A stretch of 64,000 nt of DNA from Cohnella sp. (GCF_041640265.1 NZ_JBEQAP010000031.1:3008-67007); one strand, 5' to 3'. Shown: positions 42,931 to 53,749, numbered from the stretch's first letter. The notes: generated by a model not told the origin, from the letters alone. Numbers and translations: made by a program.

Positions 42931-42962
42931 AAAAAAGCTGCCCGTCAATGGGCAGCTTCTTT
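42931..42962. terminator. Bidirectional terminator
   Basis: AAAAAAGCTGCCC-GTCAAT-GGGCAGCTTCTTT. Confidence 0.85.
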
Positions 42963-42980
42963 CAAACATTCAATTGCCTT

Positions 42981-43616
42981 CTAGCCTTCCATCATCTCAA
43001 TTAAACGCCGCAAAGCCTGTCCTCGATGACTGATTATGTTTTTCTCCTCTACCGTAAGCTCAGCCATACTCCGATTATATGAGGGAAGCCAGAAAAGGGG
43101 ATCATACCCGAAGCCATCCGCACCACGGGCATGGCGAAGGATAAAACCTTCAACAGTGCCTTCGACTTGCACCTTATTGCCATCTTGCGGCTCATAGAGA
43201 GCCAGCGAGCACACAAACCGAGCAGAGCTGTGCAGCTCAGGCGATGAACGACTGCTCTCTTGAGCCTCTGCTCCCAAGGCTCTTAGCTCCCGCAGCAGCT
43301 TTGCGTTATTGGCTTTATCCGTTGCAGCCTCTCCCGCATAACGAGCCGAATAGACACCGGGCGCACCATCAAGAGCATCTACGCACAAGCCTGAATCGTC
43401 AGCTAATACTGGCAATCCCGTGGCATCCGCTGCGATCTTCGCTTTTATAAAAGCATTATCCGCGAACGTTTTTCCAGTTTCTTCAATCACGGGGATTCCC
43501 TCAACTTCATGAAGGTCCTTTACGTTGATCCCAAGATGCTGAAGGGCTTCGCGAAACTCCTTCGTCTTTCCTTTGTTTCGCGTGGCCAGCAGTATTGTGC
43601 TGCCCTCCACGATCAT
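42981..43616 (-). CDS. rdgB: dITP/XTP pyrophosphatase
   Basis: ATRNKGK, ADDSGL, FGYDP and SHRG motifs. Confidence 0.95.
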   Translation of the reverse strand: MIVEGSTILLATRNKGKTKEFREALQHLGINVKDLHEVEGIPVIEETGKTFADNAFIKAKIAADATGLPVLADDSGLCVDALDGAPGVYSARYAGEAATDKANNAKLLRELRALGAEAQESSRSSPELHSSARFVCSLALYEPQDGNKVQVEGTVEGFILRHARGADGFGYDPLFWLPSYNRSMAELTVEEKNIISHRGQALRRLIEMMEG

Positions 43617-44359
43617 GCTTTACCCCCGCCAATCCGTTCGCCAGCGATACCCAGAGTATCCTTCTGCAGCTGAACAAGCTTCAGAATTCCTTCCTCAGCA
43701 AGAGTAAGCATGCTATCGAGCTCCTTACGAGTAAATGGAGCTTCCTCCCCCGTACCCTGAACCTCCACGAACGTACCTGCGCCAGTCATAACGACATTCA
43801 TATCGACCTTGGCCTTCGAGTCTTCTTCATAGTTCAAATCAACGGCTGGTTGCTCTTGGATAACACCCACGCTAATGGATGCCAAATAATCCGTGAGCGG
43901 ATATTTATCGAAATTCACCGTGCCGGCAAGCTTATGAATGGCAAGCGCTAAAGCAATATATGCTCCCGTTATCGAGGTTGTCCGTGTCCCTCCATCTGCT
44001 TGAAGCACGTCACAATCGAGCGTAATCGTTCTTTCACCTAGCGCATGCAGGTTAACAACCGATCGGAGTGCGCGGCCAATTAAACGCTGGATTTCCATTG
44101 TTCTTCCGGTCAGCTTGCCTTTAACGGCTTCTCTTTGATTACGGGTATGCGTAGCTCGGGGCAGCATGGAATATTCCGCTGTTACCCATCCTTTGCCTTG
44201 CCCTTTGAGAAAAGGGGGAATTCTTTCTTCCACAGAAGCTGTACAAAGCACTTTGGTATTCCCAGCTTCGATCAGGACAGAGCCCTCTGCATATTTATTC
44301 GGATGTAACGTAACCGTGAAAGGTCTCAGGTCACGAAATTGTCTGCCATCGGATCTCAT
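43613..44359 (-). CDS. rph: Ribonuclease PH
   Basis: [17 protein letters not shown] and DGGTRT motifs. Confidence 0.97.
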   Translation of the reverse strand: MRSDGRQFRDLRPFTVTLHPNKYAEGSVLIEAGNTKVLCTASVEERIPPFLKGQGKGWVTAEYSMLPRATHTRNQREAVKGKLTGRTMEIQRLIGRALRSVVNLHALGERTITLDCDVLQADGGTRTTSITGAYIALALAIHKLAGTVNFDKYPLTDYLASISVGVIQEQPAVDLNYEEDSKAKVDMNVVMTGAGTFVEVQGTGEEAPFTRKELDSMLTLAEEGILKLVQLQKDTLGIAGERIGGGKA

Positions 44360-44495
44360 TTCTTTTCCTCCTAAGTAAAACGGCTTCGTCGTCTTTCGGA
44401 CAACCCCGCACGTTTGTATCGAGCGATCATATACTGAATCTCCCCCATTTTACCAAAGGTTTGCCGATAAAGCATCTTATCTTACATCCGCAGCC

Positions 44496-45563
44496 TCAAC
44501 GTTGATAAACGTTAATCGGAGTCGGACGGGTTACAGGATATTCGTACGAGTTTTTGTCCGAATCCACTAATGAGTCATCACCGTTCAGAACGACTCTTAC
44601 TTGCGGAGTATCTGTCGCCTCAGTCAAGGTGAGGACAAGTGCTTCCATCATTTCCGCTGGAACCGCTGCTTCCGGTTTCCTTTGGGTATCACGCAATGAA
44701 ACGTTTATAGTGTCCGCCATCTGTGAAAGCTGTTCAATAGACATCCCTTTAGAAAGGACAGAACTTAGCTTGGAATTTTGCGGCCCTAGTATAAGCTGCT
44801 CTAGTGCAGCTTTGGCTATATCTGCTTGCCGGTTAATAAGACGGGTTACCGGCACGAAATATCCCTCTCCATCTGAGGATTGAGCTGAGAAGTATAGCGT
44901 TACTGCCATGGAACGATTAATTTGAACGCCTTTCTCGGCCTCAAGGTTGATGCCCACACCGCGGGTTAGCACTTGATCAACAGGCAATCCTGAGGCTGGA
45001 AAAGAGCGTAAGGGTTGTCCTGCGACGGATAACTTCACCTTATTGATTCCCGGAAGCTCGGTTAAGGTCCAGACAAGCGCCTCAAGTACCTTCTGTTCTT
45101 GAGAGGCAAGAATAGCAGGGAGCGGCGTGGCAAAATCAACAGCGATTGTTTGCTCGGCTTTATTCTCGCTTACGGAAGCCAGCTTCGTTCCTTCTGGCAA
45201 TATCGCCTTGAAGCCCGGGGGCAATTGATCCGCTTGCTTATTGTTAACAGTCATCCAATGAATCGCTTTTTCGGCTGTTGCTTGAGTAGATGTTTGATCC
45301 CCTTCCACCCTTAATGACATGGGAGCCAAGTACCCATTGCGGTCTAGCAGATAGACGGTTATCATGTCACTTCCATCCGACATCGCCGTTGATAGGGTAC
45401 CCTCGATCATCGCTTGCTCCAAGGCGGAAGGGGGCGGATCTATCTGTAATGATCCTTTCTGGCTAGGGTTGGGCACCTCGCTGCACGCGGATAACAAAGG
45501 CAGAAGCAGCAGCAAGGCCCCCCATCTGTTTGATTTTTTGTTTCTATAAGTCCCGCTTCTCAT
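44496..45563 (-). CDS. gerM: GerMN-domain lipoprotein GerM
   Basis: Lipobox LLSAC, two GerMN repeats (LVWTLTE, LVLTLTE), upstream of rph; start after RBS GGGAGG. Confidence 0.85.
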   Translation of the reverse strand: MRSGTYRNKKSNRWGALLLLLPLLSACSEVPNPSQKGSLQIDPPPSALEQAMIEGTLSTAMSDGSDMITVYLLDRNGYLAPMSLRVEGDQTSTQATAEKAIHWMTVNNKQADQLPPGFKAILPEGTKLASVSENKAEQTIAVDFATPLPAILASQEQKVLEALVWTLTELPGINKVKLSVAGQPLRSFPASGLPVDQVLTRGVGINLEAEKGVQINRSMAVTLYFSAQSSDGEGYFVPVTRLINRQADIAKAALEQLILGPQNSKLSSVLSKGMSIEQLSQMADTINVSLRDTQRKPEAAVPAEMMEALVLTLTEATDTPQVRVVLNGDDSLVDSDKNSYEYPVTRPTPINVYQR

Positions 45564-45722
45564 TCGCAAATCCTCCCATCTAAATATTTCCATCAGGGCG
45601 GGCTGCCGTTCCACCAACACCCTATTTGTAGTACTATGTATACGAGCCCTTGGAACAATTATGTATGTTTGTCCGTTCAAGTTCATGACGGAAGCCACTA
45701 GCTTCGGAAAGAGGTGTTGTAG

Positions 45723-46271
45723 ATGTCTCGGCCTAACACGTACCGTCTTAACAGCAAGGAAGTCTCTAAAGCAACGGAAGAATGGTTAACGAAGCGCGGT
45801 GTTACCAAAGAGCAGATCGGGCAATTGGTTATGCTGTTGCAGAAGGATTATTATCCTGAGCTGACGCTTGCAGAGTGCGTGATTAACGTAGAATCTGTAT
45901 TGTCCAAGCGGGAAGTGCAGAATGCTGTGCTAACCGGCATCCAGCTTGATATACTCGCGGAGGAAGGAAAGCTTCTTCCACCTTTGCAGGACATGATCGC
46001 ATACGATGAAGGCCTTTACGGTTGCGACGAGATTTTAGCGTTAAGCATCGTGAATGTATACGGCAGTATTGGGTTTACGAACTTCGGTTACGTGGATAAA
46101 CTCAAGCCTGGCGTTCTTAAAAAACTAAACGACAAAAATAGCGGAGAAATCCATACGTTCCTTGATGATATCGTAGGAGCTATCGCAGCAGCAGCATCCA
46201 GCCGAATTGCCCACCGTAAGCAAGCGGAGCGAGAAGCGATAGCTGAGGCTTTAGAAGAAGGCAAGCAATAG
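45723..46271 (+). CDS. Phosphatidylglycerophosphatase A family (YutG-like)
   Basis: KREVQ, YGSIGFTNFGYVDK and FLDDIVGAIAAAA motifs. Confidence 0.88.
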   Translation: MSRPNTYRLNSKEVSKATEEWLTKRGVTKEQIGQLVMLLQKDYYPELTLAECVINVESVLSKREVQNAVLTGIQLDILAEEGKLLPPLQDMIAYDEGLYGCDEILALSIVNVYGSIGFTNFGYVDKLKPGVLKKLNDKNSGEIHTFLDDIVGAIAAAASSRIAHRKQAEREAIAEALEEGKQ

Positions 46272-46341
46272 CGGATTCTAAACCGCATACTCGATCTTTG
46301 ATGGCCTGAAGGTAACGGTGGAACCAATCGCGATCTTCTGA

Positions 46342-46541
46342 GCGCCTCTAACACGCTGGGAGCGTGTTAGAGGTGCGATAGCAGCCAGTTTTGACGGATT
46401 AAAACGCCGGGAGCGTGTTAGAGGTTCGATAGCGGCCAGTTTTGACGGATTAACGCTGGGAGCGTGTTAGAGGTGCGTTAGCAGCCAGTTTTGACGGATT
46501 AACACGCCGGGAGCGTGTTAGAGGTGTGATAGTAGCTAGTT
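46342..46541. repeat. Tandem ~51-bp hairpin repeat, about 3.8 copies
   Basis: TAACACGCYGGGAGCGTGTTAGAGGTGCGATAGCAGCCAGTTTTGACGGAT at 46349, 46400, 46451 (2-bp deletion) and 46500 (partial). Confidence 0.95.
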
Positions 46542-46592
46542 GAGTTGGTTTTATAGGATGAGCATCCTCTTCACGGATTCCCTTAACAACTA

Positions 46593-46653
46593 AAAAACCC
46601 GTCTGCATGTTTTAATTGCTGTCACAGCAATTAAAACATGCAGACGGGTTTTT
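46593..46653. terminator. 61-bp perfect palindrome, probable bidirectional terminator
   Basis: AAAAACCCGTCTGCATGTTTTAATTGCTGT-C-reverse complement. Confidence 0.85.
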
Positions 46654-47675
46654 CACTTCCGACGATAGCGAATCAGGAATCGTCCGCCAAGTCCCTCCAT
46701 CGCAAACCCCGTATCCGATCTAACGACGATTCCACGATTCTCCAATTGGATGATATGAGCGATCGTCTCCGCAAGCGCGAATCTCAACTGATGAGCATTA
46801 CTTCTAAGGCGAGTGCTGAATAGCAGCTCACACACCTCAAATGCTGATATGTCATGATCACCGAAGAGCTCAAGCATCTTCAATAGCCGTCTCTCATGAT
46901 GCTCGAGAAGCTCTTCAATCCGTTGCGTAAATTGCTGAAAAGGATTCCTATGCCCAGGATAGGCCATAGTCACCTCCAGCGGCAGCATTCCCCGCAAGCT
47001 GTACAAGTAAGAGCCAAGCGGATCCGGATCGCCTTCCGGCATCCAACCGATATTCGGTGAAATATCCGGAAGCACCTGGTCCCCGCATATCAACTTGCCG
47101 CTATCGCGATTATAGAACGATAGGTGACCCGGAGCGTGACCTTCTCCCCCAATAATCTCCCAAGGCAGACCACCCATTCGAAAAACCTGACCAGCATGCA
47201 AAATGTTCATTGCCTGAGGTTGAGGAGATACTTTAGTACGGAACCCTTGCATGTGCTCACTCATGTCACCTAGCAATTCGGGAACCATTCCGTGCTGAAG
47301 GAATGCCTCTGTCAGCTCCTGCGAGAACGTTTCACGCTCCGCCCATAGTCTCACGGCGCAATCAAGGGCAACCTGAGAGAGATAGACGGGTGCTCCCGTT
47401 CGCTGCTGGAACCAGCCTGCCAACCCATAATGGTCGGGATGATGATGAGTGAGCACGATGGACTTGATTTGACCCCACTCTATCTTGTTCGCAGTCAACG
47501 TTTCCATCCAGAAAGCAATCGTCTCATCCGTTCTGAGTCCCGGATCAATGAGTGTCCAGCCATGTTCATCTGCCAACAAATACGAGTTCACCCATTTCAG
47601 GGAGAAAGGTAATGGTACCTTCACCTGTAACCAGCCATCTTCAAGCGAAGTAACGGAAATAGAAAGTTCTTTCAT
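46653..47675 (-). CDS. MBL-fold metallo-hydrolase
   Basis: THHHPDHYG, GHAPGH, GD and PGH motifs. Confidence 0.92.
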   Translation of the reverse strand: MKELSISVTSLEDGWLQVKVPLPFSLKWVNSYLLADEHGWTLIDPGLRTDETIAFWMETLTANKIEWGQIKSIVLTHHHPDHYGLAGWFQQRTGAPVYLSQVALDCAVRLWAERETFSQELTEAFLQHGMVPELLGDMSEHMQGFRTKVSPQPQAMNILHAGQVFRMGGLPWEIIGGEGHAPGHLSFYNRDSGKLICGDQVLPDISPNIGWMPEGDPDPLGSYLYSLRGMLPLEVTMAYPGHRNPFQQFTQRIEELLEHHERRLLKMLELFGDHDISAFEVCELLFSTRLRSNAHQLRFALAETIAHIIQLENRGIVVRSDTGFAMEGLGGRFLIRYRRK

Positions 47676-48433
47676 CCAGGACGTCTCCCCAGGAGAATAA
47701 GACGTTTGGAGCTATCTGCCGTATATGCGCTTCCTTCATAGCCGCCATAAACCGAATCTAGAACAAGCCCTGTTTGCTCCAGCATAGCTTTGAACTGCTC
47801 CAAGCTGATCAGACGAACGCGTTCCTCATAATGACGGCTTGGACCAGTATGTCCTGTCTGATCCGCCTGCGGCTTTACTTCAATCCTTTTGACCACAAAT
47901 TCGCCCTCAATCGAACGCTTCTCTGAAATATGCAGCCCGGTGAGTTCATCCACCCGTACAGATGCAGATACCAGAGTGTTTTTGAGAAACGTTGGATTCA
48001 AGAAGTCAATTAGAAAACGACCCTCCGGCTTCAACACGCGTTTAATCTCTGCCAAAACCCTAATATTGTCTTTAAATTCATCGAAGTAGCCGAAGGAAGT
48101 GAACAGGTTAACGGTTGCATCAAAGGAGTCATTCTCTAGAGGAAGCTTCCTCATATCTCCTTTGATCCAAACCAAATGGCCTTCATCATCCCGTTGACGC
48201 GCCTCAGACAGCAAAACCTCAGACAAATCCAATCCCGTCACCCGATAGCCGAGCGATTTCAGCGCATGTGCATGACGCCCCGTTCCGCAGCCAATATCCA
48301 AAACTGCTGCATTTGTCTCCAAATCCATCCATTTCATCATTGAACCGATTTCTAGCTCCGCATTTTCAAGATTCCGATGACGATAGACAACCATATAATC
48401 TTCACCAAAGCTTTCGGTAAACCAATCTCCCAT
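47672..48433 (-). CDS. Class I SAM-dependent methyltransferase
   Basis: LDIGCGTG, GDMR and NLFTSFGYF motifs. Confidence 0.92.
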   Translation of the reverse strand: MGDWFTESFGEDYMVVYRHRNLENAELEIGSMMKWMDLETNAAVLDIGCGTGRHAHALKSLGYRVTGLDLSEVLLSEARQRDDEGHLVWIKGDMRKLPLENDSFDATVNLFTSFGYFDEFKDNIRVLAEIKRVLKPEGRFLIDFLNPTFLKNTLVSASVRVDELTGLHISEKRSIEGEFVVKRIEVKPQADQTGHTGPSRHYEERVRLISLEQFKAMLEQTGLVLDSVYGGYEGSAYTADSSKRLILLGRRPG

Positions 48434-48520
48434 ATGACTTTACTCCTTTTTGATACCAAATCCGCAATATTTTCCATCATAACATCAATCCTTCATCAAG
48501 TCCCACTCCAATAAGGGTAT

Positions 48521-48548
48521 CACCGATAGATAGATGTCCTCATATGAT
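48521..48548 (+). promoter_or_regulatory. Mother-cell sigma (SigK-like) promoter
   Basis: CACC-N16-CATATGAT upstream of the YheC/D cluster. Confidence 0.55.
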
Positions 48549-48630
48549 GGAGTATTCTCGCTAGCCCCCGGGAAGGAAGCCTACGAGAGCCTTCACCACG
48601 ACCAACACAAAGGTGGAAGGAGTACGAAAC

Positions 48631-49998
48631 ATGTCCACCCCGAAAGTCAACGTCCAGGTCATCAGCTCCGGCATATTGTCCGATGACGTCCTGATGCTGG
48701 GGGAATCCCTCATGAAGCAGTGGAAAATTCCTGCCCAGCAGCATCTTGCTTTACAGTTCGGTTCATTCCGCCATTCAGTCACCGTCGTCCCTGTAGCTCG
48801 TTATGATGGGCTGCGCATCAGTCAGACGCTCGCTCGGAGAATAGGCATTTTTTCCGGTACTCCTCTTCGGCTCCAATACCAGATCACGACTAGAACACTT
48901 GCCCTAGGTCCGCTAATCGGAGTGCTTATTAGTCGGGATAATCCAGAACATTCGGATAAGCCGTTCGGGGATATTACGATGTTCTGCCGGGAATTAACCG
49001 ACGCTTGCCGAAGCCAAGGCGCCTATGTATATTTTTTCACTCCTAGCGCGATCGGGTCAAGTCTCTCTTCAGTGGATGGTTGGGTTTATACCAAAGGCTG
49101 GCACAAAATGATGCTTCCCTCTCCCGATGTCGTGAACAATCGCTTGACTTCCCGCAAGCTTGAAAATCTTCCGGCCGTGCAGCAATTCATGAACGAAATC
49201 AAACGCCGCTACGGCGCACAAGTGTTCAACGAGAAGTTTCTCGACAAATCCGAAGTGTTCGATGCGTTAAAGAAAGATGCTTCCCTGCAAAAGTATTTAC
49301 CCGAATCCCACACCCTTCACAACTATGCAATGTTCAAAACCATGTGCTCTAGATACAGCTCCGTTTTTCTAAAGCCGGTTAGAGGTAGCTTAGGCAAAGG
49401 AATTATTCGCTTGTCCCGCATCGCTCCTGAGAGCTGGCAGGCATCATACGCTACCGTTAATGGGACTAAAAGACAAACATTCAGCAGCCTTGTGAAGCTA
49501 TTCTCTACCCTTGCAGGCAAGATGAAGACAGTGAGATACCTGATTCAACAGGGACTTACCCTGATCGAAGTCAGCGGACGTCCCGTAGATTTCCGTGCGT
49601 TAACGCAAAAAAATGCCAGCGGAAAATGGACGATCACCTCCATTGTCAGCCGAACAGCCGGAACCCATCATTTTGTGTCCAATCTTGCTAGAGGCGGCAC
49701 ACTCTCGACGGTCAAGGAATCCGTCGCGAAATCCAATCTTCCTGTAATGTTCCGGGGAGACGCCTCCGTACAGCTGCAGAAAGCAGCATTAGAAATTGCA
49801 CGGGGTGTTGATGCCTATATTCCCGCTCATTTCGGGGAGCTAGGAATCGACCTCGCACTTGATACCTCAGGGCGTATCTGGCTGCTCGAGGTTAATTCTA
49901 AGCCTTCCAAGAACGATAACACACCACTCAATGAGGGGAAAATCCGTCCTTCGGTGCGGATGATGATTCAATATGCCCGCTATATTTCCGGATTTTAG
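48631..49998 (+). CDS. YheC/YheD family ATP-grasp spore coat protein 1
   Basis: LGPLIGV, KPVRGSLGKG, DFR, EVNSKP. Confidence 0.9.
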   Translation: MSTPKVNVQVISSGILSDDVLMLGESLMKQWKIPAQQHLALQFGSFRHSVTVVPVARYDGLRISQTLARRIGIFSGTPLRLQYQITTRTLALGPLIGVLISRDNPEHSDKPFGDITMFCRELTDACRSQGAYVYFFTPSAIGSSLSSVDGWVYTKGWHKMMLPSPDVVNNRLTSRKLENLPAVQQFMNEIKRRYGAQVFNEKFLDKSEVFDALKKDASLQKYLPESHTLHNYAMFKTMCSRYSSVFLKPVRGSLGKGIIRLSRIAPESWQASYATVNGTKRQTFSSLVKLFSTLAGKMKTVRYLIQQGLTLIEVSGRPVDFRALTQKNASGKWTITSIVSRTAGTHHFVSNLARGGTLSTVKESVAKSNLPVMFRGDASVQLQKAALEIARGVDAYIPAHFGELGIDLALDTSGRIWLLEVNSKPSKNDNTPLNEGKIRPSVRMMIQYARYISGF

Positions 49999-51145
49999 TG
50001 CGCCTACAAGCGCTTCAACAAGCCGCGCGCTTGGTATTCTTGTGTGCGAACGCGATGGTAATCCTCCTTTTGCAGAAAGCTCGTTCATCAAGCGTCTCAG
50101 CTTGATTGGCGCAGGGAGTGGGCTTGAGCTTTTTGCCTTCGCACCATGGTCGTGGGAGGAGCAAAGCAATCTCGTCAAAGGGTGGGTATGGAACAAACAG
50201 AAGCAGCGTTGGGATGCCGCCCGGTATACACTCCCAGCTGTCGTTTACGATCGCTCTTGGCCCGTGAACAAGGATGAGAAAATACGTTTTCAGCAAGCTA
50301 TACAACGGCTGCAAGAGGCTAAGCGTATCACTTATTTGAACAATCGTATGCCCCACAAGGGTAAAATATACGAGATCTTGTCGAAGGACCCGAGTTTTCA
50401 ATCCATCCTTCCGCCTACCGCTGTCTATGATGGTCCCTCTTCTCTCGCTTTATGGCTAAGCAGGCACAACTATGCTGCATTTCTTAAACCGATTGCCGGC
50501 AGTCAAGGTAAGAGAGTGGTTGCTGTAGTCCGCAAGGAGGATGGAACTGTTAATATTAGGGGTCGTCAAAGCGATAACCGGCCTCTTTCAATAAACTGCG
50601 TTAATGAACAGGCAGCGCTAAGGCTTCTGCAACGTTGGATTGGCCAAAGAGCTTATCTTATGCAGCCTCTATTAGATTTACGGGGACCTGAGGGTGAACC
50701 GTTGGATTTACGCGCTCTCATGCAGAAGAACAACAACGGCCATTGGACATTAACGGGAATTGCCGCAAGGTGCGGGATGCCCGGAACAGTCACCTCTAAC
50801 CTGCACGGAGGCGGAAAGGCGTCGTCAGCCAAGGAAGTATTGGTTTCCCTTTTCGGAGAACTACGCGGAATCGAGCTGCTTCAGGAAATACGAAGAATTT
50901 CCTTCCAACTCGTCAATCGACTGGAGGAAACATTGGGGCGATTCGCTGAAATCGGTATGGACTACGGGATTGACCGCAGCGGCAGGATTTGGTTTCTGGA
51001 AGCCAACTCCAAGCCTGGGCGTGCTGCTATGGAATCTGTGGGCAAAGCTGCAGCGAAATTAGCCGCAGAGCAACCTCTGTCCTATGCCAGATCTATCCTG
51101 CTTCGACCACCTGGGAGGGTAATTCATGAGTTTGACCATCTGTAA
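49973..51145 (+). CDS. YheC/YheD family ATP-grasp protein 2
   Basis: VYDR, KPIAGSQGK, DLR, SNLHGGG, EANSKP; start uncertain. Confidence 0.88.
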   Translation: MPAIFPDFSAPTSASTSRALGILVCERDGNPPFAESSFIKRLSLIGAGSGLELFAFAPWSWEEQSNLVKGWVWNKQKQRWDAARYTLPAVVYDRSWPVNKDEKIRFQQAIQRLQEAKRITYLNNRMPHKGKIYEILSKDPSFQSILPPTAVYDGPSSLALWLSRHNYAAFLKPIAGSQGKRVVAVVRKEDGTVNIRGRQSDNRPLSINCVNEQAALRLLQRWIGQRAYLMQPLLDLRGPEGEPLDLRALMQKNNNGHWTLTGIAARCGMPGTVTSNLHGGGKASSAKEVLVSLFGELRGIELLQEIRRISFQLVNRLEETLGRFAEIGMDYGIDRSGRIWFLEANSKPGRAAMESVGKAAAKLAAEQPLSYARSILLRPPGRVIHEFDHL

Positions 51146-52502
51146 CGTGCATTTCACCGGGCAACCGGAACGTATCGTTTGGTTTTCCAGCCCGCTTGCG
51201 AAGATGCTCAAGCTGGGTGGACGCAAATCTGTCAATGTCAAGCTGGGCAAAGACACAGTGCCCGCCAGAGTAAAGACTGTTAAACGGAAGGGCCATCATG
51301 TTTATATGTCGGCAGGACTCCGTCGTTCCGTTCGTGTTCCTAAATCCGGGAATGTTTATTTAGCAAATGATGAGGGAGAGGACATTCAACTCGGGCCTCT
51401 CATCGGTGTATTAACAGATAGCAACGCACGATCTTCAGGTGCACCTTTCGGAGAGCGCACCGGATTCGTCAAGCAGCTTCTTTATTTGGGCCAAAAAAAA
51501 GCTTATTTCTTCGCTTTCACGCCGAGAGATATTAACTGGCAGCAGGAGACGATACATGCCTGGTTTATAGATGGCGGGGGCGGCTGGATAAGGCGCATCG
51601 TTCCGCTTCCAGATGTCGTTTACAATCGGCTTCCTAGTCGCCGTGCTGAAACGAGCACTTCCATCTCTACGCTGCGAGAAAGATTCATCAAAAAAAATAT
51701 ACCTTTCTTTAACTGGAGCTTCTTCAACAAGTCAGACGTATACAGCTTGCTTGATAATGATCCAGAGGCCTTGCAACACTTACCGGAATCCATAAATAAC
51801 CCTTCCTCAGAGAAAATTAAAGAGCTTCTGGAGAAGCATCAGTTTCTGTATTATAAACCGACGGCTGGCAGCCTTGGCAACGGGATTTATCGTCTTACCT
51901 ACCACCCCCGCAAAGGTTATTTCATCCGTTATCGTCGCAGCGGCGGCAACGTCCTCCTGCGGTTTAATAACTTCAACAGCTTGATGAAGATGCTGCGCGC
52001 TCGCCATGGCAGTGGCTTAAATCTCTACGTCGTGCAGCAAGGAATCCGGTTGGTCGAAATCGATAACTGCCCGATTGATTTCAGGTTCCATATGCATAAG
52101 GACGGGAGAAATGAATGGGTTGTTGCTGGAATTGGCGCTAAGAAGGCCGGTCGAGGCAGTGTAACAACCCACATCAAAAACGGGGGCTCCCTCATGACCC
52201 CGGAGCAAGCTCTTAACAGGACCTTTGGAGCCAAAGCGGATGAAGTGCTTAAGGAAGCCAAGGAAATTGCGATCAAGCTGTCCGAAGCGATAGAACGCAA
52301 TTATACGCATACTCTCGGTGAACTAGGACTTGATATCGGCATTGATCGGGACGGCGCAGTATGGATGTTCGAGGCGAATGCTAAGCCAGGCAGATCCATC
52401 TTCAAGCATCCGGCTTTGAAAGAGCAGGGGAAAGCATCGCTTCAATACATTCTTGACCACTGCTTATATTTGAGTAAATTCAGCAAAGGGGATGAATCTT
52501 GA
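51126..52502 (+). CDS. YheC/YheD family ATP-grasp protein 3
   Basis: LGPLIGV, PDVVYNR, KPTAGSLG, DFR, EANAKP. Confidence 0.9.
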   Translation: MSLTICNVHFTGQPERIVWFSSPLAKMLKLGGRKSVNVKLGKDTVPARVKTVKRKGHHVYMSAGLRRSVRVPKSGNVYLANDEGEDIQLGPLIGVLTDSNARSSGAPFGERTGFVKQLLYLGQKKAYFFAFTPRDINWQQETIHAWFIDGGGGWIRRIVPLPDVVYNRLPSRRAETSTSISTLRERFIKKNIPFFNWSFFNKSDVYSLLDNDPEALQHLPESINNPSSEKIKELLEKHQFLYYKPTAGSLGNGIYRLTYHPRKGYFIRYRRSGGNVLLRFNNFNSLMKMLRARHGSGLNLYVVQQGIRLVEIDNCPIDFRFHMHKDGRNEWVVAGIGAKKAGRGSVTTHIKNGGSLMTPEQALNRTFGAKADEVLKEAKEIAIKLSEAIERNYTHTLGELGLDIGIDRDGAVWMFEANAKPGRSIFKHPALKEQGKASLQYILDHCLYLSKFSKGDES

Positions 52503-53671
52503 TGATCCCTAAAGTTCCCTTGGATAATTCCTTCACAGTGGAGGCGACGATCGATAAACCGGTCGTCGCGATCCTTACGATTGAGGATGACCTGCAATTG
52601 TTTCGCGGCAACCGGAATAATTTCGTTGATTTAATCCGTACCGGCCAAACAATGGGAATTATCACCTATGTTGTTACCGTGAAAGATCTGAAGCTCCACA
52701 CTCCTAGTGTACTCGGATTTACTTATCGAAAGGATGATGAGACATGGGTCCGGGGCTCGTTTCCTCGTCCTAATATCATATATAACCGAATTCCTCAAAG
52801 GGAGGATGAGAGGCTGCCGCGAGTGAAACGCAAGCTCGCGGCGTTGTCGAAGCAGCCGGGGGTTCGTCTATTTAACCGCCGCTTTTTCAACAAATGGTCT
52901 TTATTTCAATGGCTGAACGAGAACAAGGCCACCAAGCCTTTCATTCCCGAAACCAAAAAATTAACCAACCCAGCGGTTCTCGGCAATCTGCTTAAAAGGC
53001 ATCGATTACTTTATTTGAAACCCGTTCGCGGCAAAGCAGGTGTTGGCATCATGACAGTTAAGGTTCAGCCAGAGAAACAATTGCCCTTCCGGCTTCAGAT
53101 TCAAGAGGAGATAGGCAGTCGAACCTATCGGTGCTCTACGATGAATCGTCTTTGGAATAGAGTGATCAAGCAGTCAGCCGTCCTCGGAGAGCCTTATATT
53201 GCTCAGCAAGGCATTACGCTCGCCGTGGTGAATAGACGCCCATTCGATTTAAGGGCTCTTGTGCAGAAAAACGGGGCCGGTCATTGGGAACTATCCGGCA
53301 TTGGAGCAAGAGTGGCCGGCGATTCCAGCATCACTACTCATGTACCCCGCGGCGGTTATATTGATGATCCGGAGAAGCTTCTCGTATCGGTTTTCGGCCA
53401 GGAAAAAACCGAGAAGGTTCTTAGCAAAGTACGGAAAACGACGATTACACTAGCTAGGCAAATCGAGCGCTCCGCGCATTACCGATTGTGTGAAATGTCT
53501 ATGGATCTCGGAGTGGATGAGAAGGGGCATGTATGGTTTTTCGAAGCCAACTCTAAGCCCATGAAATTCGACGAGCCTCATATACGGAACAAGTCACTCG
53601 AGCGAATTTTCCAATATAGCTTATACTTGCATCGGTTGAACACAGACTCTAAGGGAGGCACGATCTCGTGA
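52499..53671 (+). CDS. YheC/YheD family ATP-grasp protein 4
   Basis: IYNR, KPVRGKAG, DLR, EANSKP. Confidence 0.9.
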   Translation: MMIPKVPLDNSFTVEATIDKPVVAILTIEDDLQLFRGNRNNFVDLIRTGQTMGIITYVVTVKDLKLHTPSVLGFTYRKDDETWVRGSFPRPNIIYNRIPQREDERLPRVKRKLAALSKQPGVRLFNRRFFNKWSLFQWLNENKATKPFIPETKKLTNPAVLGNLLKRHRLLYLKPVRGKAGVGIMTVKVQPEKQLPFRLQIQEEIGSRTYRCSTMNRLWNRVIKQSAVLGEPYIAQQGITLAVVNRRPFDLRALVQKNGAGHWELSGIGARVAGDSSITTHVPRGGYIDDPEKLLVSVFGQEKTEKVLSKVRKTTITLARQIERSAHYRLCEMSMDLGVDEKGHVWFFEANSKPMKFDEPHIRNKSLERIFQYSLYLHRLNTDSKGGTIS

Positions 53672-53742
53672 AAGTTATCCAGGCTTCCCGAAGTCTAGGT
53701 TTCCCTTCCTCCATGCCGGCAGCAACGCCGGCCGGGAGGTGA
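53668..53742 (+). CDS. Putative 24-aa coupled mini-ORF or gene remnant
   Basis: RBS AAGGGAGG; GTG overlaps the upstream TGA; MKVIQASRSLGFPSSMPAATPAGR; its stop abuts the next gene's RBS. Confidence 0.45.
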   Translation: MKVIQASRSLGFPSSMPAATPAGR

Positions 53743-53749
53743 TTCGTTC

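Noticed and set aside
46342-46541. CRISPR array
   Set aside because: The would-be spacers are near-identical and there are no cas genes in the window
46349-46541. Repeat-encoded peptide (17-codon units)
   Set aside because: The 2-bp deletion in unit 3 breaks the frame and no convincing RBS/start was seen
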